From the NCBI GenBank assembly GCA_963806035.1, contig CAWDWO010000033.1, forward strand, positions 1-64,000: DNA of 64,000 nt, in the 5' to 3' direction. The DNA comes from Candidatus Krumholzibacteriota bacterium (GTDB lineage: Bacteria; Krumholzibacteriota; Krumholzibacteriia; JAJRXK01). Numbering within the stretch: the stretch's first letter is position 1; each line of letters opens with the position of its first letter. A model generated the notes under the pieces. It was not told the DNA's origin. It was given only the letters and a program-made list of their open reading frames with translations, and searched no databases. The translations under genes were made by a program, and so were the position numbers. Positions 1-12,919 of the stretch are shown here, one piece after another.

Positions 1-1086
1 TCCGGCGCCCTGGCCGCACAGTCCGAGCGTGCCTACCGGGCTGCGGCGGAACCCCTGCGCCGGAGCGTCTGGGATCCGGTCGCCCCGCACCTGGGCGACG
101 CCAAGCTGGTCTTCGTGGTGCCGGACGGTGCGCTGAACCTCGTGAACCTGGCCGCACTGCCGCTCGGCAAGGGATACCTGATCGAGTCCGGTCGCACCCT
201 GCACCTCTTGTCGACCGAGCGCGACCTGCCCCGGCTCCGGGACAGCGCGAGGCCTAGCGGTGATCGATCCCGAACCCTGCTTGCCATGGGCGGCATCGAT
301 TTCGACGCGATCGCTTCCTCCCAGCTTGTCGCCTCCACGGCAAGCGTGTTCCGGGGAAGCCTCAGTACCTGCGGTGAATTTGACGACCTCCTCTTCCAGC
401 CCTTGCCCCAATCGGGTCCGGAGGCAAATCGGGTGATCGATGAGTGGGCCAGTCTGGAAGGCGCCGGCTCCACGCGACTCTTGACCGGGGTCGACGCCAC
501 CGAGGGCCGTTTCAAGCGACTTGCCGGAGGCGCGCGTCTGATCCATGCCGCCACCCACGGCTTCTTCCTGGGCGGCGCCTGCCCGGAACCGGGCGCGAAG
601 AACTCATGGCGGATCGAGTTCGCCTCGGCCAGCAGCCGGCGCGTGCCGGAAAATCCCCTACTCTTGTCAGGCCTGGCCATGGCGGGGGCCAACCAGCACC
701 GGGACCGCCCGCCCGATGCGGAAGACGGAATCTTAACCGCCGAGGAGATCGCGTCGCTCAACCTGGAGGGAACGGACTGGGTGGTGCTGTCCGCCTGTAA
801 TACCGGCCTTGGTCAGGTCACCACGGGTGAGGGCGTGCTCGGACTCCGACGCGCATTTGAGGTTGCGGGGGCGTCCGCGCTCATCACCAGCCTATGGCCC
901 GTCGACGACAGCGCCGCTGCGGCCTGGATGCAGCACCTCTACGAAGAACACCTGAAGAAAGGCCGCGGGGCCGCTGCTTCGGCAAATTCTGCATCACTTG
1001 CCGTGCTTCGGGAGAGACGCGCACGGAACCTGAGCACGCACCCCAACTACTGGGCGCCCTTCGTCACATCCGGAGACTGGCGCTAG
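1..1086 (+). CDS. CHAT domain (caspase-like peptidase) protein, 5' truncated by window edge
   Basis: Frame open from base 1. Motifs VPDGAL..., IHAATHGF (catalytic His), VVLSACNTG (catalytic Cys), SLWPVDD and HPNYWAPFV are typical of CHAT. Confidence 0.9.
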   Translation, partial: SGALAAQSERAYRAAAEPLRRSVWDPVAPHLGDAKLVFVVPDGALNLVNLAALPLGKGYLIESGRTLHLLSTERDLPRLRDSARPSGDRSRTLLAMGGIDFDAIASSQLVASTASVFRGSLSTCGEFDDLLFQPLPQSGPEANRVIDEWASLEGAGSTRLLTGVDATEGRFKRLAGGARLIHAATHGFFLGGACPEPGAKNSWRIEFASASSRRVPENPLLLSGLAMAGANQHRDRPPDAEDGILTAEEIASLNLEGTDWVVLSACNTGLGQVTTGEGVLGLRRAFEVAGASALITSLWPVDDSAAAAWMQHLYEEHLKKGRGAAASANSASLAVLRERRARNLSTHPNYWAPFVTSGDWR

Positions 1087-1121
1087 CCGGCTGTCAATCG
1101 ATCCGTGATGCCGCCTCGTCC

Positions 1122-3392
1122 TCAGGCCGAGGGCGGCCCCGTCTTGTCGATGAGCTTCATCATGGCGCCCTTTTCGGGATCGATCAGCTCGGTGATCCTG
1201 GGCGGATTCACGTCGGCCACGATCATCTGGCCCACCTCGCTGTGCACGTCGCTGAAAATGCCGTGCTTCATCATCTTCTGGGTCTGGTAGTGGTTGTCTT
1301 CGGTTGGACTGACGTAGTGCACCGAGACCGCTTTGTAGCGATGGATCAAGAACACGTGGATCAATGTCATGAGACGTTTCTTGCGTAGCGCCTCGGCGAA
1401 GGTGTTCTGATCGCGGATCGACAGGATGCTGCGCTCCTTGCGATCCTTGATGTCGGCGAAGATCACGTTGGCCAGTTTGTTCCCCTTGTCGTCGTGCAAA
1501 ACCAGTTCCAGAAGATCCGAGCCCGCGGTGTGTGGTTGCAAACTCACCGAAATCGTCTGCTTCAGTTTGTAGAATTTGGCCCAGGTCTTCAGCCAACCCT
1601 CAAGCAGAGAGCGGGGCACCTCGGTTTGCACGAGGTGCTGGAATTGGGTCGAACCCTTCCCCATGGCGCGGGTGGCCGCGCTGCGACCAGTCGACGCCAT
1701 GAGAGCCCCGTCCAGGCGGGGACCCCCCACGAGTGATTGCGGAGTGCGATAGGGAGACTCCACGAGACGCAGCTTTCTCTGCAGCCGCGCCAAAGCGAGC
1801 ATGCCGTCGTCCCGCAGCGCCGTCGCAAACTCCTCGGCCGCCATGCCGTCGACTTGATGCCCGCCATAGGTGATGAAGTTGAAGACATAGCCCAGCTTGC
1901 CCAGTTCACGCGGAAAGGACTTCATCTCCTCGTCACTCATGCCGGTCGTGTCCCAATTGAAGGAGGGCGAGAGGTTGTAGGCCAGCATCTGCTTGGGAAA
2001 TTTCGCGTGAATCGCTTCCTGGAATATCTTGGCGTCGGCGAGATTCGCGGTCTTTGTCTCCATCCACAGAATGTCCGCGAAGGGAGCCACCGCCAACGAG
2101 CGCGCCGTCGCGTACTTGATGCCGTTCTCGATGTGGTAGTAGCCCTCGGGAGTCTTGGGAAGCTCGCAATCCCAGATGATCGTGATCCCCATCGAGCGCG
2201 CTCGCTCGCGTGCGCTCGTGAGTGAGGCCGTCTTGGCGAAATCGAGCCACTCCTCTACGCTCAATTCGTAACTGCCACCTTCGGCGATTCTGAACTCCAT
2301 CACGTCGGCCACGGCTTGACCGTAGGTCTTCATACCGGCCTCGGCCTGCCAGGCGTCCAGGAAGCGTCCGATGACGACGTCCAGGACTTTGTCGACGCGA
2401 TTTTGCGAGGATTGGAGGAACTCCTCGGCCTCCTTCTCGAGCACGCCCATGACGCCACTGCGTTGCATCCACGCATAGGCCCGCTCGTATTCCTCGTCCT
2501 CGATCGCAAAGAGAAGGTGACCTCGCGCGCTGTCCAACCCGAGCTCGAAAAGCTTCCGCAAGATTGCCAGGTAGACCAGCTTGTAGCTGGGCAGCTCGAT
2601 GTTGGTGGCTCCCAGAATGAAGGGATGGTCACGCTCGTCGCTCCTCCCCTCGAGGAAGGTCGCCGCTTCGGCATCGGTGCGCGCCACGATGATTCCTGCC
2701 ACACCCATCACGTCCAGCTGGAAGCGCGCCGCATTGAGCCGTTTGATCTGTTCGTCGATGGGCACCAGGACCTTGCCGCCCTGATGGCCGCATTTTTTCG
2801 TGCCCGGTTTCTGGTCTTCGATGTGGTAGCCCGGTACGCCCGCCTCGACGAAGCGACGGATGAGGTTGCGCACGTGGGCATCACCACCGTGGCCGGTGTC
2901 AGCGTCGGCGATGATGAAGGGGCGATAGTCGACGGCAGGGGTGGACTTACGTTCCTCTTCGCTCATCCGCGCGCGCGCGAAATGTTGATTCTTGTCGGCG
3001 GTGAGAAGCGCGCGCACGATTGGCGCTGCCTCGTCGGGCACCTGGCTCAGGGGATAACTCGCCAGGTCGGCCCCCGGGTCCTCGTCGATCGAACCCTTGG
3101 CGGAGGTCGCCCAACCTCCCAGATAAATTCCCTCGATACCCTGTCGCTTGATGGTCACCGCCTGGCCCGGTGAATAGGGCCCGAAGGTCGTGATGGACTT
3201 GCGTTGCTCGAAGAGCTCTTGCAAGCGCGCGTAGAACTCGTCGGCCGCGTGGCGGGCCACCGTGTAATCGATGGGGATGGTTCCGCGCTGTTCGGCGATG
3301 TCGCGCGCAGCATACAAGCGGGTGATCGATGCGAAACGCGGGCCTTCGATCCACTTTCGGATCTCCTCCATCTGTTGCTCGATCGAATCCAT
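1122..3392 (-). CDS. aceA: Isocitrate lyase, long ICL2-type with C-terminal extra domain
   Basis: [40 protein letters not shown] and YNLSPSFNW motifs. About 756 aa. ATG at 3392 preceded by AAAGGA. Confidence 0.95.
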   Translation of the reverse strand: MDSIEQQMEEIRKWIEGPRFASITRLYAARDIAEQRGTIPIDYTVARHAADEFYARLQELFEQRKSITTFGPYSPGQAVTIKRQGIEGIYLGGWATSAKGSIDEDPGADLASYPLSQVPDEAAPIVRALLTADKNQHFARARMSEEERKSTPAVDYRPFIIADADTGHGGDAHVRNLIRRFVEAGVPGYHIEDQKPGTKKCGHQGGKVLVPIDEQIKRLNAARFQLDVMGVAGIIVARTDAEAATFLEGRSDERDHPFILGATNIELPSYKLVYLAILRKLFELGLDSARGHLLFAIEDEEYERAYAWMQRSGVMGVLEKEAEEFLQSSQNRVDKVLDVVIGRFLDAWQAEAGMKTYGQAVADVMEFRIAEGGSYELSVEEWLDFAKTASLTSARERARSMGITIIWDCELPKTPEGYYHIENGIKYATARSLAVAPFADILWMETKTANLADAKIFQEAIHAKFPKQMLAYNLSPSFNWDTTGMSDEEMKSFPRELGKLGYVFNFITYGGHQVDGMAAEEFATALRDDGMLALARLQRKLRLVESPYRTPQSLVGGPRLDGALMASTGRSAATRAMGKGSTQFQHLVQTEVPRSLLEGWLKTWAKFYKLKQTISVSLQPHTAGSDLLELVLHDDKGNKLANVIFADIKDRKERSILSIRDQNTFAEALRKKRLMTLIHVFLIHRYKAVSVHYVSPTEDNHYQTQKMMKHGIFSDVHSEVGQMIVADVNPPRITELIDPEKGAMMKLIDKTGPPSA

Positions 3393-3421
3393 CGCTGATT
3401 CCTTTCTCTTCCGCTTGAATT

Positions 3422-5320
3422 TCAAGCTGCCTCGAAGTCCAGGTTTCGGGTCACCCTCGTGCCGCGGTTCTCGAACTCCTCGCTATAGAGCCCGATGCGG
3501 CGCTTGGCTTCTTGCAAGTCGTGATTGTTCAGGTTGAGGTTCAGAAGATCGATGTACCAGGGCAACTTCACCGGGGTCGTGACGTAGCTTTGGGTAATCT
3601 CGCGCGCGATGGGCAGCGTCGTATTCTTGGAAACGTCGTAGACGTCACGGTCGCTCGCATCGCGGAGCTTCTGGTATTCCTCTTCCACCAAACGCGCAAA
3701 AAGCGCCTCGGTGAGTGGATCGCCCGCCTTGACCCCGGTCTCCTCGTCATCCTCGTTGAACTGTGCGCCCTTGTGAAGCCACTCCCACAAAATGCTGAGG
3801 CGAATCTCCCCGGTGGCCATGTCCTCCATGAGATAGAGCACGTCCTCGTTGCCGAAGAAATCGGCCGGCTTGAGCGCCGCCGCCTGCATTCCCTGCCCAA
3901 AGGCGTTGCCGTACTGCATGGCCACGCTCAAGAGATCGCGGGCTCCGCGTACGGTACGCGGGGCTGGCTCGAGCAGAGTGAGTCCCGCCGCGTCCTGCGG
4001 TCCGTAGCTGAGCGGCTCGAAGGGGCGTCCCATCTGGTTTTCCTCGCCGAGCTTCTCCCACACCGGGCGCACGATGGGCACCATTTTCCAGTGAGCGACC
4101 CACTTGCCGCTGGCGCCCTCGCGTTGTTCGCGCTGCGCTCCCTTGGTGGCGCGCGCCATGCCGTCCTGCACGCCTTTTTTGGATCCGACGGGGATGTTGG
4201 GCTCCATCCCACCCTGCCACAGGGTGAAGTTGCCGTCATTGTCCGGCGTGTTCACTGCTCGACGCACACGGTCCTCGTAGTTGCGCATGTAGCCGTAGGT
4301 CATGACGATGGCGTCGATGTTGGGATTGTGGAAGGAGGGATCTCCCGCCATGGCGTCCGCCACGCTGTTGATGTAGTCCCAGCGGCCAGTGTTGAAGCCC
4401 ACGAAGTGCGTGGTAAGCGCTGCCCGGATTTCCATGAGCTGAAAGCTGGCCTCGAGTTGTTCGACCAGCACGTAGCAGCGGATGGCGCCGTCGCTCAGTC
4501 CGAGCTGCGCTTCCAGGGCCGAGAGGATCTCGTTCCACAGCGCCGCCTCTTCCGCGGTCTGGATCTTGGGCAGATAGAGGACGATCGAGGCGCCGCGCGC
4601 CTGCAGTTCCTGGTGGTTGCTTACGACATAGAGAACGGTGTCGACGATGGAGGCCGAGAAGCCGCTTCCGTCGCTGCAGCGGATGTGGCGATCGTCGAGG
4701 TGCAGGCCGCGCGCGCGATAGATTCGCGTGGTGAATTCGAGCTGCTTGCGCCAGTCCACGATCGTCTTGTGCCCAAGAAGGCCCACGGCCCACTCGTTCA
4801 TCTCGCCGGCCACCTGCTCGGCCACTTCCAAGAACAGGGGATCGCCGGCGATCGCGAGCTTGATGCTGCGCTGGTTGTCCAGCGACATGCTCTCGATCTG
4901 GCCCAGGGCGTCCTCGCCATCGAACATCCAGCCGTCGGCCCCCGAAAGCAGGGCGTAGGAGGCGTTGCGTAAATTCTCTCGCACCGAAGCGTGCGGCCGC
5001 GCCGCGGGCCCGGTGCCCTGGATCCACTGCCGTTTCAGATCGTCGGGGATGGGCTTGCCGACGAAGTTCCCCTTGCGGGCGTCCTCGACGCGGATCGTCG
5101 TCCCGGGGATGAGGGATTCACGGGGAAGAAATTCGATGGATTTGCCGCCGGCCGCGCGCGCAGCGCGGACTTCGTTGCGCTTTTGCATGAGCGCGAGACG
5201 GCGCGAGTTGAAGGGCGCGAGCGCGGAAAGGGCATCCAGAGCCGCCGGGCTCAGGATATCCGCATATTCGCGCCGAAGGGTCCCGCGGACTTCGAGTCCA
5301 CCTCCAAAACGGTGGGTCAT
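3422..5320 (-). CDS. aceB: Malate synthase
   Basis: [32 protein letters not shown] and [10 protein letters not shown] motifs. Directly upstream of aceA. Confidence 0.9.
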   Translation of the reverse strand: MTHRFGGGLEVRGTLRREYADILSPAALDALSALAPFNSRRLALMQKRNEVRAARAAGGKSIEFLPRESLIPGTTIRVEDARKGNFVGKPIPDDLKRQWIQGTGPAARPHASVRENLRNASYALLSGADGWMFDGEDALGQIESMSLDNQRSIKLAIAGDPLFLEVAEQVAGEMNEWAVGLLGHKTIVDWRKQLEFTTRIYRARGLHLDDRHIRCSDGSGFSASIVDTVLYVVSNHQELQARGASIVLYLPKIQTAEEAALWNEILSALEAQLGLSDGAIRCYVLVEQLEASFQLMEIRAALTTHFVGFNTGRWDYINSVADAMAGDPSFHNPNIDAIVMTYGYMRNYEDRVRRAVNTPDNDGNFTLWQGGMEPNIPVGSKKGVQDGMARATKGAQREQREGASGKWVAHWKMVPIVRPVWEKLGEENQMGRPFEPLSYGPQDAAGLTLLEPAPRTVRGARDLLSVAMQYGNAFGQGMQAAALKPADFFGNEDVLYLMEDMATGEIRLSILWEWLHKGAQFNEDDEETGVKAGDPLTEALFARLVEEEYQKLRDASDRDVYDVSKNTTLPIAREITQSYVTTPVKLPWYIDLLNLNLNNHDLQEAKRRIGLYSEEFENRGTRVTRNLDFEAA

Positions 5321-5641
5321 TCAGTATTCCTCTCTCGGAATCGGGCGGGGACCCGAGCACGCAGACGTCCTGGCTTGTGCTCCTGAACGCGTCAAATTGC
5401 GTCTGACACAGTCACTTAGCCCGATCTCCCGGGTTCTGTCTAGTCGAAAACGACAGGGAGACGATCGCCATTTCTGCAGGAAAAGGCTTTGTTCAAGAAA
5501 ACCAGGGAGAGCCCAACTGGCAAAGTGCGGGCCAAGCTTGACTGCGCCCCAAGAAACGGAGCGTTCGCTCCCTTTCGCTCGAAGTGCTAAGCTGAAATTT
5601 GGTCTCTGACTTTTCTTTGGTTTCAGGAATCGCACGCAACG

Positions 5642-7222
5642 ATGCTCGCCCGATCTGATCGACGCGCCCTCAATTCTTTGCTCGAACTGGTGCGAAGTCC
5701 GCGACCGCGACCGGCCCACGAGGTGGTCCGTTACGATTGGTCGCGACTCCCCCGGATTCAAGCTCTGGCATTTTCCGAGATGGACCCGCTCGACTTCGTG
5801 GCGGTGGCCGCCCGGGCGCGCGCGTTTCTCGAGGCGGCATGCACGGCCCTGGATGTCCCCGGAAGAGATCGAAGCGATGCCACGCATCCTCTGGACATCC
5901 TGCGCATGCACAACCTGGAGGAAGGCGCCACCTGGGACTCGATCATCGCTTACCGCGAGGAGAGCGGACTACCGCGACTCTCGCCACGAACCCTGCGCAA
6001 CCGCCAAAACGAGGCGATCACCCTTTTACTCGAGTGGGCCAGCAGGTCCGGGGACGACGCGCAGGCCGTTGAAGCGCAGAGCGATGCCGCGACAATATCG
6101 CCTTCGCACGAGCCGAGAAGCCTCTCGTGGCGCCTGGCTACCATTTTAGCTTTGGCACTTGGCCTTCTCGCCCTGACGCTGGTGCTGGCCCTGCGCAGTT
6201 CGGGCTCCACGGCGCTTCTCACCGGGGCCGATCGCCAGTTTCTCGGGAAAAGTCTCTCCGCGCGACTCGTGGATCCACACAAAGGGGAGACGCTGCTCTG
6301 GAGATTCACCAGTCCATCCAAATTGCCGCCCCTGGAAGGCGAGTATCAACAGGCGACCATCAGCGAGAATGGCGGCCGCCAGTACCTCTACCTGGGATCG
6401 GGCAGGGGAGGCGCGGATCACACCACGGTCTTGAAGTGGGATCCGCAAGCGCGGGAGATCCGCTGGAAACACCAGCTCGATCCGCCGCTCAAAGAACGTT
6501 GGACCCACGAGGGCGTTTTGCACGAGCCGATGGCGCGCGTTCATTACATGGTTCGCTGGCTCAGCGCGGGAGTTTCCCCCGAGAAAGAAACCCCGAGCAT
6601 CGTGGCCGTTCTCTGGTCACGCTACAGCCCCACCTTCGTCTACTTTCTCGATCGCGACACCGGTCACGAAATCGGACACTACGTGCACCCGGGGCAACTC
6701 TTCCGGCCGATCATTCTCGATCTCGATAGTGATGGGCGCGGCGAAACTCTTCTCGGGGGCGTCGACAATCCACAAGAGAGCGCGGTCTTCGTGATTCTGA
6801 AAGGGAGCCAGGGGGCCTCTGCCGCCAGCGACGTTCTCTGGAACGAGAGTGGGGTCGAGGGGGCATCGACGCGCATTCTCTTTCCCGATGTCCCCAAATT
6901 GCGAACTGCGCTGGGAGATCCCCACTGGCGCGTGTTCGGAGTGACCCCCGAACACTACAACGCCAACGACCACTGTCTTCATCTCTCCGTCGGCAACCCC
7001 GCGAAGGGGCAGTCGGTGTATCTCGCCGATGTCTATTTCGAGGGAAGCGCGGTCGATTCGGTGCAGGTTCGTTTCACCGAGGGACAGCAGAAGCTGTGGG
7101 CCTCGGTCGGCCTGGGTCTCACGGAAGCCCAAGATCTCATCAAACCGGGGATCAAAATTCTGCAGTCGAATGCCGGCCCGCAAACCCGAGTTCCTAGCGA
7201 CCTCGCAAATACCCGGCCTTGA
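5642..7222 (+). CDS. Hypothetical single-pass membrane protein: N-terminal helical (possible HTH) domain, TM helix, extracytoplasmic beta-rich domain
   Basis: 526-aa ORF. Hydrophobic stretch LATILALALGLLALTLVLAL. FG-GAP-like DLDSDGRGETLLG motif. Confidence 0.6.
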   Translation: MLARSDRRALNSLLELVRSPRPRPAHEVVRYDWSRLPRIQALAFSEMDPLDFVAVAARARAFLEAACTALDVPGRDRSDATHPLDILRMHNLEEGATWDSIIAYREESGLPRLSPRTLRNRQNEAITLLLEWASRSGDDAQAVEAQSDAATISPSHEPRSLSWRLATILALALGLLALTLVLALRSSGSTALLTGADRQFLGKSLSARLVDPHKGETLLWRFTSPSKLPPLEGEYQQATISENGGRQYLYLGSGRGGADHTTVLKWDPQAREIRWKHQLDPPLKERWTHEGVLHEPMARVHYMVRWLSAGVSPEKETPSIVAVLWSRYSPTFVYFLDRDTGHEIGHYVHPGQLFRPIILDLDSDGRGETLLGGVDNPQESAVFVILKGSQGASAASDVLWNESGVEGASTRILFPDVPKLRTALGDPHWRVFGVTPEHYNANDHCLHLSVGNPAKGQSVYLADVYFEGSAVDSVQVRFTEGQQKLWASVGLGLTEAQDLIKPGIKILQSNAGPQTRVPSDLANTRP

Positions 7223-7622
7223 GCCGGGCTTCGGCGCGCTCCAGTGCAGCTTGGGCGCGTTCGCGATCGATGCTCTCGTCGCGAGTCGCCTCGGCCAGAC
7301 GACGCTTTGCCCGCTCCACTGCCGCCCTGGCCCGCTCCACGTCGATGTCTTGCGCCGCTTCGCAGCTGTCAACCAAGAGGGTGGCTCTGTTGTCGCTCAC
7401 TTCAGCGAAGCCCGAACCCACCGCGAAGTGCTTCTCCACTTCGGAGTGTCCCGCTTCCTCGACCATGAGAGTACCGGCCCGCATCGCGGCCAGCATGGGC
7501 GCGTGGTGCGCCCACACTCCGATCGCGCCGTCCTCGCCCGGGAAGACGAGGCTCAGCACTTCGCCTTCGAAAGCCGTGCCGGTTGGCGTGACGATGCTCA
7601 GCTTGTAGGGCGTCTTGGCCAT
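7194..7622 (-). CDS. atpC: ATP synthase F1 epsilon subunit
   Basis: LSIVTP..., PGEDGAIGVWAHHAPML, DIDVERA...A..RA. Last gene of the atp operon. Confidence 0.95.
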   Translation of the reverse strand: MAKTPYKLSIVTPTGTAFEGEVLSLVFPGEDGAIGVWAHHAPMLAAMRAGTLMVEEAGHSEVEKHFAVGSGFAEVSDNRATLLVDSCEAAQDIDVERARAAVERAKRRLAEATRDESIDRERAQAALERAEARLKAGYLRGR

Positions 7623-7625
7623 GGC

Positions 7626-9059
<1,434 letters not shown>

Positions 9060-9923
9060 CTACGCCAGCGCGTCGGCTCCCCCGACGATTTCGCTGATCT
9101 CCTGAGTAATTGCCGCCTGACGCGCCCGGTTGCGGAACAACGTCAGCTTGTCGATGAGCTCGCCCGCGTTGTCGGTCGCCGAACTCATGCTGGTCATGCG
9201 CGCGCCGTGTTCACTGGTGAACGACTCGGCCAGGGCGTTGAAAACTTTCACCCGCACGCTCTTGGGAAGCAGCGCCTGCAAAACGGATTCCGCGCTGGGT
9301 TCGTAGATGTAGTCCTTGCTCGCCTTCTCCTTGCCTTCCCCGTCGTCCTTTTTGGGGAAAGGAAGAAGCTGCACTTCCTGGGCGCGGTAGCTCAGCGTGC
9401 TCACGAAGTGCGTGTGCACGATGACGATCTCCTGATATTCGTCTTCGAGGTAGAGCTGCATGAGCTCGTCCGCGACGGCGTGAATGCGCGAAAGATCGAT
9501 GATGCCGCCCATGTCGACGATGGCGCGAATGATCTTCCAGGGACGGCGCTTGAAATGATCGTTGGCCTTGCGCCCCACGATATACAGCTCGTTGGTGGCA
9601 TCGTCGTGCTTCTGCATCCACTCGTGCGCCAAACGAATGACGCCATGGTTGTAGCTGCCGCAGAGACCCTTGTCCGAGGAGATCACCACCACCAGGCGCT
9701 TCTTCAGCTCGCGCGCGATGAGGAAGGGATGATCGATCGATGCCGCGCTGGTCAGCTGCGCCAAGAGCTCGGTCAGCTTCTTGCCGTAGGGACGCCCCGC
9801 CAAGAGGCGATCCTGGGTACGGCGCAGCTTCGCCGCGGCCACCATTTTCATGGCCTTGGTGATCTGCTGCGTGTTGCGGACCGAACGAATCCGCTTGTCG
9901 AGATCCTTGATGTTCGCTGCCAC
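9060..9923 (-). CDS. atpG: ATP synthase F1 gamma subunit
   Basis: ITKAMKMVAAAK, DKGLCG, RQAAITQEISEIVGG. Confidence 0.98.
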   Translation of the reverse strand: MAANIKDLDKRIRSVRNTQQITKAMKMVAAAKLRRTQDRLLAGRPYGKKLTELLAQLTSAASIDHPFLIARELKKRLVVVISSDKGLCGSYNHGVIRLAHEWMQKHDDATNELYIVGRKANDHFKRRPWKIIRAIVDMGGIIDLSRIHAVADELMQLYLEDEYQEIVIVHTHFVSTLSYRAQEVQLLPFPKKDDGEGKEKASKDYIYEPSAESVLQALLPKSVRVKVFNALAESFTSEHGARMTSMSSATDNAGELIDKLTLFRNRARQAAITQEISEIVGGADALA

Positions 9924-9938
9924 GGCGCCGATCTGCTC

Positions 9939-11456
<1,518 letters not shown>

Positions 11457-11487
11457 CGCTCTCTCCTTTGAACTTCCTGAGGGCGCG

Positions 11488-12033
11488 CTACAGTGGCGCG
11501 TCCATCATCTGCTTGCGCAGTTGGGTTAACTGGGCGCGCACGCTTCCGTCGAAGACCCTGTCGCCGCGCACCGCGATCGCCCCACCGATGATGGAGGGAT
11601 CGACACGGGTTTGAAGAATGCAGTCCTTGCCCACCACTCCGTCGAGGGTGCGCTTGAGCCGGTCCGCTTGATCTTCGGGTAGGGCGACCGCTGTCAACAC
11701 CTCTACCCTCGTCTGCCCGCGCCGTACTTCCACCAATTCATCGAAGGCCTGCGCGATGGTCGGCAGGTGCTTGAATCGATGCTTGTGCAACAACAGATCC
11801 ATGAAGTGCATGAGCACGGGCTGGACCTTGCCGCCAAAGACGGACTGCAAAAGCTCTTTCCGCTGCTCCGGTGACACGCTCGGATCGAGCAGGTAGTTAC
11901 GCAGATCGTTGCTCTCCTGATAGAGCGCGGCGATCGCTGCCAGCTCCTGCTGGACCGCATCGAGCGTGGGCGGATCCGCGACGTTTTCGAGCAACGCCTC
12001 GGCATAGCGGCGAGCAGTGGCATCACTACGCAC
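11488..12033 (-). CDS. atpH: ATP synthase F1 delta subunit
   Basis: [26 protein letters not shown] start with GGGAGA RBS. Confidence 0.93.
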   Translation of the reverse strand: MRSDATARRYAEALLENVADPPTLDAVQQELAAIAALYQESNDLRNYLLDPSVSPEQRKELLQSVFGGKVQPVLMHFMDLLLHKHRFKHLPTIAQAFDELVEVRRGQTRVEVLTAVALPEDQADRLKRTLDGVVGKDCILQTRVDPSIIGGAIAVRGDRVFDGSVRAQLTQLRKQMMDAPL

Positions 12034-12542
12034 GGACTGTCTCCCAGGCGCGTGATGAACTCCTCGACGAGCTGCCGGTGTTTCTGATCGTCGAGCCTCT
12101 CCTGGATGATCTTCTCGGCGGCCGCGATGGCCATGTCGACCGTCTTCTTGCGGAGCTCCAGGCGCGCGCTGCGCACCTCGCGATCCAGCTCGCCCTCGGC
12201 CTTCTCCAGGAATTGCCCGGCTTTGTCGCGCGCATTCGCCTCGAGCTCGCCGGCGATGGCCTCGCCCCGCTTCACTGCCTCCTGCATCTTCTCCCGCTCC
12301 AGGCTCTTGATCTCGGCGATCTTGGCGTCGAACGAAGCGCGCAGGGCTTCGGCGTCCTTCAACTCCTTCTCCGCCGCGGCGAAATCCGACTGGACCTTCT
12401 CCCGCCGCGCATCGAGCATGGCGAGCAGAGGACCCCAGGCGTACTTCCGCAGTACCCAGAAGAAGATGAGAAACGCAACGATGTTGGTCAGCAGTAGCGC
12501 AATGATGTCACTGCGCCCTAGACCTTGAGTCAGTGCTTCCAT
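11703..12542 (-). CDS. atpF: ATP synthase Fo subunit b. Homologous part ends near 12030; the ORF runs on into atpH, probably because of a 1-nt indel.
   Basis: N-terminal TM helix (IVAFLIFFWVLRKYAWGP), then coiled coil ending AAEKII...HRQLVEEFI. TAG-TGA stops sit in the adjacent frame at 12023-12028. Confidence 0.9.
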   Translation of the reverse strand: MEALTQGLGRSDIIALLLTNIVAFLIFFWVLRKYAWGPLLAMLDARREKVQSDFAAAEKELKDAEALRASFDAKIAEIKSLEREKMQEAVKRGEAIAGELEANARDKAGQFLEKAEGELDREVRSARLELRKKTVDMAIAAAEKIIQERLDDQKHRQLVEEFITRLGDSPCVVMPLLAAMPRRCSKTSRIRPRSMRSSRSWQRSPRSIRRATICVTTCSIRACHRSSGKSFCSPSLAARSSPCSCTSWICCCTSIDSSTCRPSRRPSMNWWKYGAGRRG

Positions 12543-12557
12543 CGGACTTTACCAGCC

Positions 12558-12782
12558 CTATCCGAGCTTGCCCTGAAGCACGAACACGCTGATCAACGCG
12601 TAGATGGTGAGCGCCTCGATGAACGCGGCGCCGATGATCATGGCGGTCTGGATCTGACCGATGGCTTCCGGCTGGCGGCCCATGGCCTCCATGGCGGAGC
12701 TCACGGCCTTCCCCAAACCGAGGCCGCTACCCAGCGCGGCGATTCCCAGGCCCAGCGGAATTCCAAGTCCGAGCAGGTCCAT
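12558..12782 (-). CDS. atpE: ATP synthase Fo subunit c (H+-type)
   Basis: GxGxGxG motif, RQPEA loop and catalytic Glu (FIEALTIY). Lacks the Gln/ES(T) Na+-binding signature. Confidence 0.97.
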   Translation of the reverse strand: MDLLGLGIPLGLGIAALGSGLGLGKAVSSAMEAMGRQPEAIGQIQTAMIIGAAFIEALTIYALISVFVLQGKLG

Positions 12783-12919
12783 TTCTCATTCTCCTTGATT
12801 CGATCGTGAACGGGGCGAACCCCGCCGGAGACTCGCGTCTCCTGTGTTGAAAGCCCCCGTGGCTTCCTCCTCCGCGGCGCAGGTGCGTCGCGTCGAATTC
12901 GGTCGTTTCCCCGCTTCTT

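Noticed and set aside
12558..12782. Na+-translocating ATP synthase
   Set aside because: The c subunit lacks the Gln and Glu-Ser/Thr Na+-binding signature.
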